Positions 16,647 to 26,059 of a DNA stretch of 64,000 bases are shown piece by piece (the first letter of the stretch is position 1; each line of letters opens with the position of its first letter). Source of the DNA: a virus. Location of the stretch: positions 1-64,000 of IMG/VR virus record IMGVR_UViG_3300042887_004758; one strand, 5' to 3'. Under the pieces are notes generated by a model. The model was not told the origin of the DNA. It saw only the letters and a list, made by a program, of their open reading frames with translations, and ran no database searches. A program made the translations under genes and the position numbers.

Positions 16647-17035
16647 TGAAGGCGGGCGGACTCGAACCGCCGTCCCTAGTATCTCAAACAGAGAGTACTA
16701 CACGTTTAGGTCATTATTAATTCACAATAATCCGAAATATCTGAATTCTCACACCGTTCAGCCACGGTGGTAATACTTAAGGAGTACCACATCCTTTGGT
16801 TATTAAGGTAACCAACCTTCAGTGGACTTCTGTTCATAGGTGTATGTCCTGACCGACCCGTAGGTTTTCGGAGCCTTAGGCTACGTAAACCTCTTCAGTT
16901 TGGATCAAACCAATAGACTGAAGTTTTGCGAAAGTTTCGCCAGTTGTTTTTGAAACCGTAGATTAAAGTGATAGATCTCGTCTCACTACGTGCACTCTGT
17001 GCCTGACCATACCGGTCAAATCCAAAATCGCCCCC
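16647..17035 (-). ncRNA. ssrA: tmRNA
   Basis: 5' GGGGGCGA...GGATTTGAC; 3' T arm GGCGG-TTCGAGT-CCGCC; G3-U70; tag ORF 16941-16876 GETFAKLQSIGLIQTEEVYVA*. Confidence 0.92.
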
Positions 17036-17041
17036 ATATTA

Positions 17042-17062
17042 TCAAAGAACACCACAAATATA
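17042..17062 (-). promoter_or_regulatory. -7 promoter element plus boxA-like motif of tmRNA
   Basis: TATATTTG-TGGT-GTTCTTTGA. Confidence 0.7.
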
Positions 17063-17149
17063 CATATTTTTTTTAGATAAAATCAAATCCGTAAAAAAAA
17101 TATTATACAGGTTTGTTAATAAATAGATTTTTTTTTATATATTTGTATA

Positions 17150-17935
17150 ATGAAACAACAAGATTTAGATTTTTTCAAAACACTACTCAGTATTCCATCC
17201 AAAACTTACCAAGAAGATCTGATGGTGAGTTTCATCACGGATTTTTTGTATAGTAGAGGATATGAATTTTACACGGATGATTTATCAAATATCTATGTAA
17301 CCAAAGGTATTGCAGAATATTATCCTTGTTTTGTGTCCCACCTTGATACTGTACATTCTATGACTCCAATCCGAGTTGTAGAAAAGATGTTGCCAAATGA
17401 TAATGGAGAGATGAAACTTGCTTTGCAAGGGTACTCCATGTTTAATGATCAACACGTCGGTATTGGTGGTGATGACAAGTGTGGGATTTATGTGTGTTTG
17501 AAGTTACTTGAATCTTTGGACAATGTCAAGATTGCTTTTTTTGTATCCGAAGAAGTCGGATGTATCGGATCCTCTGAAGCGGATAATTACTTTTTCTCCG
17601 ATGTCGGATATGTGGTTCAGTTTGACGCTCCTTCAAACTATATGGTGAGTGAATATTGTTCAGGTGTCCAATTGTTTGACCGTAACTCTGAATTCTTTAC
17701 TCGTATGGAGCTTGTCTTAAGTGAAACATTTAATCCTGAATTCGAGTTACAAAAACATCCTTATACTGATGTGAAGGCCCTCAAGGAATTATTCCCTCAT
17801 ATCAACATGATTAATCTATCTTGTGGTTATCACAGGTATCATACACCTCATGAATATATCATCGTTGAGGAAGTCGAGAATGCTGTTAATACAGGTATTG
17901 AAATCTATGATAAGTTAGGATGTGAAAGGATCTAA
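17150..17935 (+). CDS. M20/M28-family metallopeptidase
   Basis: SHLDTV, GGDDKCG, EEVG, FD, H...E. Confidence 0.85.
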   Translation: MKQQDLDFFKTLLSIPSKTYQEDLMVSFITDFLYSRGYEFYTDDLSNIYVTKGIAEYYPCFVSHLDTVHSMTPIRVVEKMLPNDNGEMKLALQGYSMFNDQHVGIGGDDKCGIYVCLKLLESLDNVKIAFFVSEEVGCIGSSEADNYFFSDVGYVVQFDAPSNYMVSEYCSGVQLFDRNSEFFTRMELVLSETFNPEFELQKHPYTDVKALKELFPHINMINLSCGYHRYHTPHEYIIVEEVENAVNTGIEIYDKLGCERI

Positions 17936-17937
17936 AG

Positions 17938-17965
17938 AAAAAAGTGGGATTTCTCCCACTTTTTT
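17938..17965. terminator. bidirectional terminator
   Basis: AAAAAAGTGGGA-TTTC-TCCCACTTTTTT. Confidence 0.85.
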
Positions 17966-19983
17966 TATCTCTTTTTTCTTAAGGTCACTTTGTCTTCCTT
18001 CATATATAGTTCGTATTTTTTATCGAGAACTATATTTTTCCTCAACACATTTTCGGATATAAAATCTTCAATCTGTTCTTGTATTGCTCTTTTTAGAGGT
18101 CGTGCTCCGAATTCTTCATCATATCCAATTTTCGAGATATGTTTGTATATACTATCATCGAAGTTGATGTAGTAACCGAGTTCGTCTAATCTATCTTTGA
18201 GTTGAACAAACTCGATCTCAATAATTTTGTGAATGTCGTTCTCATTTAAAGAATTAAAGAGAACTATCTCATCTACGCGATTTAAAAACTCAGGTGAAAA
18301 GTAATTTTTGACTTCCTTTTTTAGAATATCCCTTTTTATTTCCTCTGTGTTTGCTGCTCTTGATGCTGTATTGAAACCAACTCCTGTTCCAAATTCCATC
18401 AATTTTTTCACACCCAAGTTGGAGGTCATAATGATCAAGGTATTCTTGAAGTTGATGTGTCTTCCTGTAGAGTCGGTGATGTATCCATCATCTAAGATTT
18501 GTAACATCAAAGAGAATATATCTTTGTTTGCCTTTTCAACTTCGTCAAACAAAATAACAGAATATGGTTTATTTTTAACTTGTTCTGTTAATTGTCCACC
18601 TTCATTGTATCCAACATAACCCGGTGGAGATCCAATCAATCTACTCAGAGAATGTTTTTCTTGGTACTCACTCATATCAACTCTGATCAAAGAATTTGCA
18701 TCACCGAAGACTTGTTTTGCAAGTTGTTTTGCCAAATATGTTTTTCCGACCCCTGTGGATCCCAAGAAAATGAATGAACCGATTGGTCTGTTTGGATCTT
18801 TAATCCCAAGACGGTTTCTTCTGATTGCTTTTGAAATTTTTTCAACGGCATCATGTTGACCAATCACCTTTTCATTGAGATTATTTTCCAAGTTTATCAA
18901 AGCATCAACATCATCGGCTGATAATTTTGATACAGGTATTTTGGTGATTGATGCAACGACATCATATACCATATCCTCAGATATCTCTTTCCTTATTGTG
19001 TTTTGTTCCCTTTCAAACTTGTTCTTTTGGTCTTCAAGTTCTTTCAAGACTTTTTTCTCTCTATCTCTTAGATTTGCGGCTTCTTCATATCGTTGAGCCT
19101 TAACTACTTCGAGTTTTAATCTTTTGATGTCGGCGGCCTCTTCTTTTAACTTTTCAATGGACTCGGGAAGTTTTGTTGTAACCTGACTTCTTGCTCCAAG
19201 TTCATCCAAAATATCAATTGCTTTATCGGGGAATTCTCTGTTGGTGATATATCTATCGGACAAACGAACACAAGCGGTTATTGCATCATCGTGATATACT
19301 ACTTTATGAAAGTCCTCGTATTTGTCTTTGATATTCATCAGAATCTGAATGGTTTCTTTCACTGATGGTGGTTCAACTACAACCTTTTGGAATCTCCTTT
19401 CTAATGCTCCGTCTTTTTCGATGTTTTGTCTATATTCGTCTAATGTCGTAGCACCAATACATTGAATCTCACCTCGTGCTAAAGCCGGTTTAAAGATATT
19501 GGAAGCATCCAAAGATCCCGAACTATTTCCCGCACCCACGATGTTATGTATCTCGTCGATGAATACGATGACTTCTTTGGTTTCCTGAAGCTCCTCCAAG
19601 ATCACCTTTAGTCTCTCTTCAAATTGTCCTCTATATTTTGTTCCTGCAACTATGGATGTCATATCTAAAGAAACGATTCTTTTGTCACATAAGTTTCTTG
19701 GACAATCCCCTTCAAAAATCTTTTGAGCTAGACCCTCAACTATGGCGGTTTTACCACAACCGGGTTCACCGATTATTATTGGATTATTTTTCTTTCTTCT
19801 TGAAAGAATTTGAGCAATCCGTAAAATTTCTTCATCCCTACCTACAACAGGATCCAACGCTCCGAGTTCAGCAAGTTTAGATAAATCTCTTGAGAAATTA
19901 TCTAAGACAGGTGTTTTGGAGTTTGGATTTTGTTTTGGTTTTCTGTCCTTTTTGGACTCGCTTGGGTCGATATCTTCAATCAT
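17965..19983 (-). CDS. clpC: ClpC-like AAA+ unfoldase lacking the Clp N-domain
   Basis: Two Walker A motifs ([16 protein letters not shown]), UVR middle domain [12 protein letters not shown] loop, GARPL. Confidence 0.9.
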   Translation of the reverse strand: MIEDIDPSESKKDRKPKQNPNSKTPVLDNFSRDLSKLAELGALDPVVGRDEEILRIAQILSRRKKNNPIIIGEPGCGKTAIVEGLAQKIFEGDCPRNLCDKRIVSLDMTSIVAGTKYRGQFEERLKVILEELQETKEVIVFIDEIHNIVGAGNSSGSLDASNIFKPALARGEIQCIGATTLDEYRQNIEKDGALERRFQKVVVEPPSVKETIQILMNIKDKYEDFHKVVYHDDAITACVRLSDRYITNREFPDKAIDILDELGARSQVTTKLPESIEKLKEEAADIKRLKLEVVKAQRYEEAANLRDREKKVLKELEDQKNKFEREQNTIRKEISEDMVYDVVASITKIPVSKLSADDVDALINLENNLNEKVIGQHDAVEKISKAIRRNRLGIKDPNRPIGSFIFLGSTGVGKTYLAKQLAKQVFGDANSLIRVDMSEYQEKHSLSRLIGSPPGYVGYNEGGQLTEQVKNKPYSVILFDEVEKANKDIFSLMLQILDDGYITDSTGRHINFKNTLIIMTSNLGVKKLMEFGTGVGFNTASRAANTEEIKRDILKKEVKNYFSPEFLNRVDEIVLFNSLNENDIHKIIEIEFVQLKDRLDELGYYINFDDSIYKHISKIGYDEEFGARPLKRAIQEQIEDFISENVLRKNIVLDKKYELYMKEDKVTLRKKR

Positions 19984-20033
19984 TTTTTTTATTTTAAGAA
20001 TATATGTTTTTCATGAAAAAATCAATATTTGTA

Positions 20034-20096
20034 ATTTTGTCAGGTTTTTTTAATTTGTATGACATTTTGTCAGTTTGTAGAGTTTGGCACAGATTT
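20034..20096. promoter_or_regulatory. operator-like palindrome and repeats between clpC and the UVR gene
   Basis: TGACA-TTT-TGTCA (20060-20072), ATTTTGTCAG repeated at 30 bp, TGGCAC at 20085. Confidence 0.45.
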
Positions 20097-20143
20097 GATA
20101 AGTAGAGATTTTCAGAAATAAACTAATAAAAAAATTAATAAAA

Positions 20144-20581
20144 ATGTTACGTAAAAAAATTAACTTCAACAATTTGTTCTCTGAATTTGATTCTTTGTTC
20201 GAAGATTTCGGTTCATTTACTTCACCTTATATGATCAGGGGTAAAAGGAACGTGGAATCGGGAGATGATGAAAATGGATCTTGGACTAAAGAATCATTTG
20301 TATCAGAAGACGGATCATTTCAGGTGACTACAATATATAAAACATCTGGTGATCACAATAAGCCTTCAGGTGAAACATGGGATCTCAAAAAACAACTCGA
20401 AAGTGCGGTTGAAAAACAAGATTATGAGAGTGCCGCTAAACTAAGAGATAAAATCAAATCTATTGAATCTAACAAGGAAAAAATTAAAGAGTTAGAAACA
20501 AAGTTGAATAATTCTGTCACCAATCAAGATTTCGAATCGGCAATAAAATATAGGGATGAAATAAAAAAGTTGAAATCGTAA
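20144..20581 (+). CDS. tandem UVR-domain protein (McsA-like C-terminus)
   Basis: Two repeats of L..AV..QD(Y/F)ESA.K.RD.IK. Confidence 0.8.
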   Translation: MLRKKINFNNLFSEFDSLFEDFGSFTSPYMIRGKRNVESGDDENGSWTKESFVSEDGSFQVTTIYKTSGDHNKPSGETWDLKKQLESAVEKQDYESAAKLRDKIKSIESNKEKIKELETKLNNSVTNQDFESAIKYRDEIKKLKS

Positions 20582-20586
20582 AATTG

Positions 20587-20613
20587 AAGCCCCTCCCCCA
20601 CGGAGGGGTTTTT
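20587..20613 (+). terminator. intrinsic terminator
   Basis: GCCCCTCC...GGAGGGGT followed by T tract. Confidence 0.8.
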
Positions 20614-20635
20614 AATTCTTGATATATTTATAATC

Positions 20636-20938
20636 ATGAATATTAACGATTATTTATCTTCTACAACTGACGACTCAGTCCTTCTTTCTGAATATAGAAA
20701 TTTCAGGACTTTGTTTAATAATCTTTGTGAAGAAGGTACAGATCTGACATCTGAATCAGATAATACTGAGGTATTGAGAAATCAACTAAACAAAATTCAG
20801 GACGAAATTTTAAATTTTAAAAATATTATCCAAAATAATGGGTTTGATATTTCCGATAACAAATTTTTTGAACATATTTATTCAAAATTCAATATAATAG
20901 AAGAAGAAATACCTTTCAAAAATGGCAATAATATCTGA
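20636..20938 (+). CDS. hypothetical protein
   Basis: ORF after TATTTAT. Confidence 0.65.
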   Translation: MNINDYLSSTTDDSVLLSEYRNFRTLFNNLCEEGTDLTSESDNTEVLRNQLNKIQDEILNFKNIIQNNGFDISDNKFFEHIYSKFNIIEEEIPFKNGNNI

Positions 20939-21164
20939 AAAAATAGAAGGAACAAAGATTTTGAATGAGATTGAATCCTCAAACATCAATCAAACAATTT
21001 ATGACACCAAAACTCAAAACCTTGAGGTGACATTTAAAAATGGATTGGTGTATTCTTATGAAGAGGTTCCACATCAAATTTATACGAAGTTCAGAATGGC
21101 GGAATCACAAGGGTCATTTTTTAATAAAGAAATCGCCAAAACTTTCAAATATACTAAAAAATGA
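20922..21164 (+). CDS. KTSC-domain protein
   Basis: SSNI...YD....L.V.F..G..Y.Y..VP......A.S.GSFFN..I. Confidence 0.9.
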   Translation: MAIISEKIEGTKILNEIESSNINQTIYDTKTQNLEVTFKNGLVYSYEEVPHQIYTKFRMAESQGSFFNKEIAKTFKYTKK

Positions 21165-21919
21165 ATTCAATCAATCAGGTCGTTGACACCTTGTTATATA
21201 AGGATGAGTTGAATCCCAAGTTTTGGGACAATCCTAAAACACCTGATAGTTCAACTTTGAAAGAAAACATCAGAAAACAACTCATGAAAATTAGTGAGGA
21301 GTTTTTTGAGTATTTGGATCTCGATATATTTTTGTCAGACATCACGATGACAGGATCTTTAGCGAATTTTAACTGGTCTGACTTATCTGATGTTGACCTT
21401 CATTTTATTTTGGATTACAAACAATTAGAAGGAAACGAAGAATTATATAAAGAATATTTTAACCTCAAAAAAACTTTATTCAACAGTACTCATGATATTA
21501 CGATTTATGGACATGATGTGGAAGTTTATATCCAAGATATATTGGAGTCTCATCATTCTTCTGGTGTATACAGTATCTTACATAATGATTGGGTTGAAAT
21601 ACCCAAACAAGAAGAAACACAGATTGACAAAGATATTTTAAAGAGAAAAATCAAGAATGTTATTTCACAATTTGATGACGTATTTTCAAATTTAAATGAC
21701 GAGGATCCCAAAAAAGCTATAGAAATATTGGATAATTTTAAAGATAAACTAAAAAAATATAGGTCAACTGGGTTACTCAAAGGTGGAGAAAAATCATATG
21801 AAAACCTCGTTTTTAAATATATGAGGAGGGCTGGATATATTCAAAAACTATTTGATGCTAAAAATAAAATTATAGACAAAACACTTTCTTTAGAATCACA
21901 TAGTAGGAAAAAAAGATAA
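21161..21919 (+). CDS. Pol-beta-superfamily nucleotidyltransferase
   Basis: TGSLA...SDVDLH, third acid in VEVY. Confidence 0.75.
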   Translation: MNSINQVVDTLLYKDELNPKFWDNPKTPDSSTLKENIRKQLMKISEEFFEYLDLDIFLSDITMTGSLANFNWSDLSDVDLHFILDYKQLEGNEELYKEYFNLKKTLFNSTHDITIYGHDVEVYIQDILESHHSSGVYSILHNDWVEIPKQEETQIDKDILKRKIKNVISQFDDVFSNLNDEDPKKAIEILDNFKDKLKKYRSTGLLKGGEKSYENLVFKYMRRAGYIQKLFDAKNKIIDKTLSLESHSRKKR

Positions 21920-21957
21920 TTTGTATTTATCTCTATATTTATTTATAAAAAACTATA

Positions 21958-22143
21958 ATGGCAATAACCGCTTGTACTCAATCAAACTACGCTAACGTAA
22001 ACAGAATAAGTGTGGCAAGAAATGACGCAGCTCCTTTCTACTCAATTCCTACTCCATTATGGACAGAGGGAGATAATACAACAGAAATTGCATATCAATG
22101 TAACGCCGTTACTCTTGGAGGTTTTCGAGGGTTAAATTCATAA
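21958..22143 (+). CDS. small hypothetical protein
   Basis: 61 aa, TATTTAT upstream. Confidence 0.6.
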   Translation: MAITACTQSNYANVNRISVARNDAAPFYSIPTPLWTEGDNTTEIAYQCNAVTLGGFRGLNS

Positions 22144-22168
22144 AATTAAAAATTAACAAAAAATACAA

Positions 22169-23413
22169 ATGTCAGATTTGAGACCATTAGGAAGCGAAAG
22201 ACTTCAAGGGGATGAAAAAATCAGAAGAATCTTGGAGATCGCAAGATATAAAGAAGTTCCAAAGCAGGTAGTTAACGAAGTATCTAGCGTGGAATATTCC
22301 AAAACATTAAGTGATGGTGTAAAGTATGTCATAGCCAAAGAAAAGCTTGGATATATTATAAAAAAATCTATCAACGAAGGTGTTGAGGAATACATTGAGC
22401 CTATGAAGAATAGACGATATTATAATTCGTATTCTCAAGCTCTTAAGAGATTAAATTTATTGGCTCGTGAGGTCAATTACACTCAAGGTGTAAATGAAGA
22501 AACAACTCTTTTTGGTGAACAAAAGAAATTTGTATTAAAAACGCCCAAATCCGCACCTGAACCAACATATGATGAACCATCTGCTGATCTTGGTATGGAC
22601 GCAGGATTGGAAGCTCAAACTGACTTGGAGATGCCGGCAGAACCATCTATGGATGCTGGAACCGATACGGGATCTGATTTAGATTTCGATTTGGGTATGG
22701 ATGCTGGTACAGAGGAAACCCCTGATATGGGGATGGAACCTCCAACAGATGAGGAAGGTACTGACTTTAAAACAATCCAAAAAATTACAGGCAAACTTTC
22801 TCAAAAGTTGAGAGAATTGGATTCTACCCAAGGGTTGGACTCCTCAAATATGAAATATGTTATTAATTCGATTCTTTCGGCGATGGATTTAGAAAAATTC
22901 AAAGATGAAGATAAAGATGAGGTTATTGAAAGATTGGAAGGGGAAATTGATTATGGTATGGAGGATACATCCGTTGATGTAACAGCAGATGAAGATGGAG
23001 GTGGAATGGATATGGAATTAGATATGGAAATGGGCACTGAAGAAACACCAGAATCTCCTGAAAAAACAGAGGAGTTAGGTGAGGGTGGTGATTATATGAT
23101 GGAGAAACCAAAAAGTGACTTAGATAAGATTATGGATTCAATATTTGCAGAATCGAAGGTTGAAAAAACTATCAACAAATACTTGAGTGAATCCGTTATT
23201 AAGGAAACCAAAATCAAAAACGAAAAGAAGAAACAACTTATGATTGAGTCAGTCAACAAAATGGCTACAACATATGAACAAGAAGTTGCTTCCAAGAAAA
23301 TCATTAAGGAATTTAAAGAGGTTGAGTTAATCGGAAGAACAAACAAGAAAAATATCGTTGTCAAGATCAATGGTGAAGAATTCAAAATTAATCAAAAAGG
23401 ATTTTTGGAATGA
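22169..23413 (+). CDS. acidic putative head/core protein
   Basis: Acidic low-complexity linkers; in head operon. Confidence 0.7.
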   Translation: MSDLRPLGSERLQGDEKIRRILEIARYKEVPKQVVNEVSSVEYSKTLSDGVKYVIAKEKLGYIIKKSINEGVEEYIEPMKNRRYYNSYSQALKRLNLLAREVNYTQGVNEETTLFGEQKKFVLKTPKSAPEPTYDEPSADLGMDAGLEAQTDLEMPAEPSMDAGTDTGSDLDFDLGMDAGTEETPDMGMEPPTDEEGTDFKTIQKITGKLSQKLRELDSTQGLDSSNMKYVINSILSAMDLEKFKDEDKDEVIERLEGEIDYGMEDTSVDVTADEDGGGMDMELDMEMGTEETPESPEKTEELGEGGDYMMEKPKSDLDKIMDSIFAESKVEKTINKYLSESVIKETKIKNEKKKQLMIESVNKMATTYEQEVASKKIIKEFKEVELIGRTNKKNIVVKINGEEFKINQKGFLE

Positions 23414-23805
23414 AACTCGTCTATGTGAATGAACTTGGACCTGACTATAAAGGAAATAACACATACGAATTTATTTTCTCAAAAAACGAAGAGGTCTACG
23501 GTGAAGATTGGGATGTAAGTCCCGCCTCAGGGAGACCATTTCCACCCCAATTGGAGTTCATTCATTGTGTTTTAAAACTGAGCAGTTCCGACATTAAGTT
23601 GGAACTTGTTCGTAATTCTGATTACTTCAATATGTACGATGCAATTGATGGTGTCATTTCTTTGGCTTGGGAATCTGAAGACTCGGGATATGAAGGAAAC
23701 CAAAGATTGGTCTTTAGATTTGGAGATGATATTTCTATAATAAAGGATAAATTTTACGAAAGAGATATAGTTCTTTCAGAGGAAAAAATATTGCAAACAC
23801 CATGA
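23410..23805 (+). CDS. hypothetical protein
   Basis: ATGA-overlap coupling with neighbours. Confidence 0.7.
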   Translation: MKLVYVNELGPDYKGNNTYEFIFSKNEEVYGEDWDVSPASGRPFPPQLEFIHCVLKLSSSDIKLELVRNSDYFNMYDAIDGVISLAWESEDSGYEGNQRLVFRFGDDISIIKDKFYERDIVLSEEKILQTP

Positions 23806-24767
23806 ACAAAAAAAATATCAAAGTCTTACTTGACGAAGGTTTTTCAATTAAAACAATTCGTTCTTTAAGTGAAAACCAAAGAAATATTTTGGCAAAAAAA
23901 ATATTAAAAGAAGCTCAAACTTCTATTGTGAAACAAACAACTTATCCAAAAGCGGAAGTTGATAAAATGAAAAAAGAAGGGGGATTGCCTGTGAATGGTA
24001 AAGTTGTTCCGAATCAAGATGGATCTTTGACTGTTGTTTCAGGTGATGGAGAAATGAAAGAAAATCAGGATGATTTGACTGCTCTCACAAGAGAAGGACT
24101 ACATGATGCTGACGACATGGCGCCTGATGGTATGGATGATGATTCCGACAATAATAGATCAATGATGAATGAATTATCTGACGAAGAAATTGATCTTATG
24201 TTAGATATCATTAAGTCAAAAAAATCAAATGGTGAAAAAGGTGAAATCGAAGAAAAGTTTCAAAGTAAATCACAACAAAAATACTTCTTTGCTAAATGTA
24301 ATGATGAATCATTAAGTAAAAAAGAAAGAAATAAGTGGTGTAGTATGGCTGACGAATTTGCACAACACACAAATTTCAAAAAACTACCCGAAAAAGTAAA
24401 AGAAGATAATCTTAAATCTTTGGAGGAAAGTGTTATGAAAATTGTTAAAAAACATATTCCAGCAAGTATTACCAAGGGTGACTTGGTTAAATTAGTTAAT
24501 GAAGCTCCTTTAACCAAACCTGTACCTGTAAAGGAACCTGGTGTTGTTCCGTCGAGACCTGAAAGAAAAACACCTTTTCAACCAAAACACAAACCAAAAC
24601 CAAAGGCAGGAAAAGAATTACCTGATTGGATGAGTTATTCGGAAATTTTTGATTCTGAACCATTTACAAAGCCAGTACCTGTAAAACCAGATGTTGCACC
24701 ATCCAAACCTGAAAGAAAAACTCCATTTCAACCAAAGCATAAACCAAAACCAAAGGCGGAGAAATAA
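23802..24767 (+). CDS. hypothetical protein with duplicated Pro/Lys-rich C-terminal repeat
   Basis: TKPVPVK...PERKTPFQPKHKPKPKA twice. Confidence 0.7.
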   Translation: MNKKNIKVLLDEGFSIKTIRSLSENQRNILAKKILKEAQTSIVKQTTYPKAEVDKMKKEGGLPVNGKVVPNQDGSLTVVSGDGEMKENQDDLTALTREGLHDADDMAPDGMDDDSDNNRSMMNELSDEEIDLMLDIIKSKKSNGEKGEIEEKFQSKSQQKYFFAKCNDESLSKKERNKWCSMADEFAQHTNFKKLPEKVKEDNLKSLEESVMKIVKKHIPASITKGDLVKLVNEAPLTKPVPVKEPGVVPSRPERKTPFQPKHKPKPKAGKELPDWMSYSEIFDSEPFTKPVPVKPDVAPSKPERKTPFQPKHKPKPKAEK

Positions 24768-26056
24768 TGAGACAGGATTTAAAAAATACAGTAAGAAAGG
24801 CTTTATTAGAGGCACCGATTAGATATGATGGTCCTGAAAGAATGGATCCTTCTTTGGAAGATCTTTTTAACAGAGGAGAAACACCTTATAGTAAAAATCC
24901 TGCTCTTCCCGATAAAAATAACGATGGAATACCTGATTCTTTCGAACAAATTATCGCAAGTAAAAGATTCAAGGATGTTATTGAAAATTTGAAACGCCTT
25001 ACAGGTGTAACAAATTTATCGGGAATGAATGGTATGATGCAGTTACAAACTTTGGTTATGGGAGCATCGAATAGAATTCTACAGATTCAATCTAGTCACA
25101 AAGAATATTTGGAAAATTTGGCAATTGATTTGGTGAAGAAGGAAACCGGTATTACAGATCAAGTAAATTTTGAAGCGGACTTAGTTAATCCAGGTGAAAT
25201 TTCAAAACAAGGTATGAGTTCTAAACCAGAAGAGTACGATGAGGATGAAATTGAAAAACAATTCGGAGGTGAAGAGGACGAAGAAGAAGATTTTCAAGAT
25301 GACTTTATGTCATTTATGAATTCTATGGAGAATTTTAACGCGGAAACCGCAAAAAGAAGAATTTTAAATGCATTGATTCAGGGTGGTGCAAAAAAAGGTC
25401 ACTACATGTACCAACTTGTAGTTCCAGAATTAGATAGATTGAATCCTGATTTGGTAAGATTATATGGTGTTATAATGTCATATGCTGACTATCTATATTG
25501 GATTATGCCTAACCAACAAATGTTGAATATGGCAGGTAGTGGTGAAGGAATGATGGGTAAAGAAGAAGTTGACGAAACTACAGATCCTCCAACCGTAAAA
25601 GCACAGGCTACATGGTTTCCACTTCTCATTCATGAACTACTTAAAGGTGTGAACGATTTGGTTATGACTCAGGGTTTACCTGACGATCCAAGATCGGCAG
25701 AAATGGTTATGGGGGTTGCAGACACTTTACCACATGAAATTTGGGATATGAGAGTCGGACCAATTATATATGAAAAATTGGTAAATGCTTATCCTGATGA
25801 ACTATTTGACGAAGACAAGAAAATCATTCAGTTCTATCTCAAATCAAGAATTGCCTCTCTGAGTACTGACGAGTTCTTCAAGACTATGAAAGAAATTCTC
25901 GCAGAAACACCAAAAGGCAAGCAAATTGTGGACAAAATGGTAAAAGAGATTATTCAGGAACTCAAAGATCAAGAATATGAAGATGCTATGGGTTCAGAAG
26001 ATGATGATGAAGACTTGGATAATTTCCTCTCTAATCTCGGAATAAGTTTAAATTAA
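24767..26056 (+). CDS. hypothetical protein upstream of terminase
   Basis: 429-aa ORF in operon. Confidence 0.7.
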   Translation: MRQDLKNTVRKALLEAPIRYDGPERMDPSLEDLFNRGETPYSKNPALPDKNNDGIPDSFEQIIASKRFKDVIENLKRLTGVTNLSGMNGMMQLQTLVMGASNRILQIQSSHKEYLENLAIDLVKKETGITDQVNFEADLVNPGEISKQGMSSKPEEYDEDEIEKQFGGEEDEEEDFQDDFMSFMNSMENFNAETAKRRILNALIQGGAKKGHYMYQLVVPELDRLNPDLVRLYGVIMSYADYLYWIMPNQQMLNMAGSGEGMMGKEEVDETTDPPTVKAQATWFPLLIHELLKGVNDLVMTQGLPDDPRSAEMVMGVADTLPHEIWDMRVGPIIYEKLVNAYPDELFDEDKKIIQFYLKSRIASLSTDEFFKTMKEILAETPKGKQIVDKMVKEIIQELKDQEYEDAMGSEDDDEDLDNFLSNLGISLN

Positions 26057-26059
26057 TGG

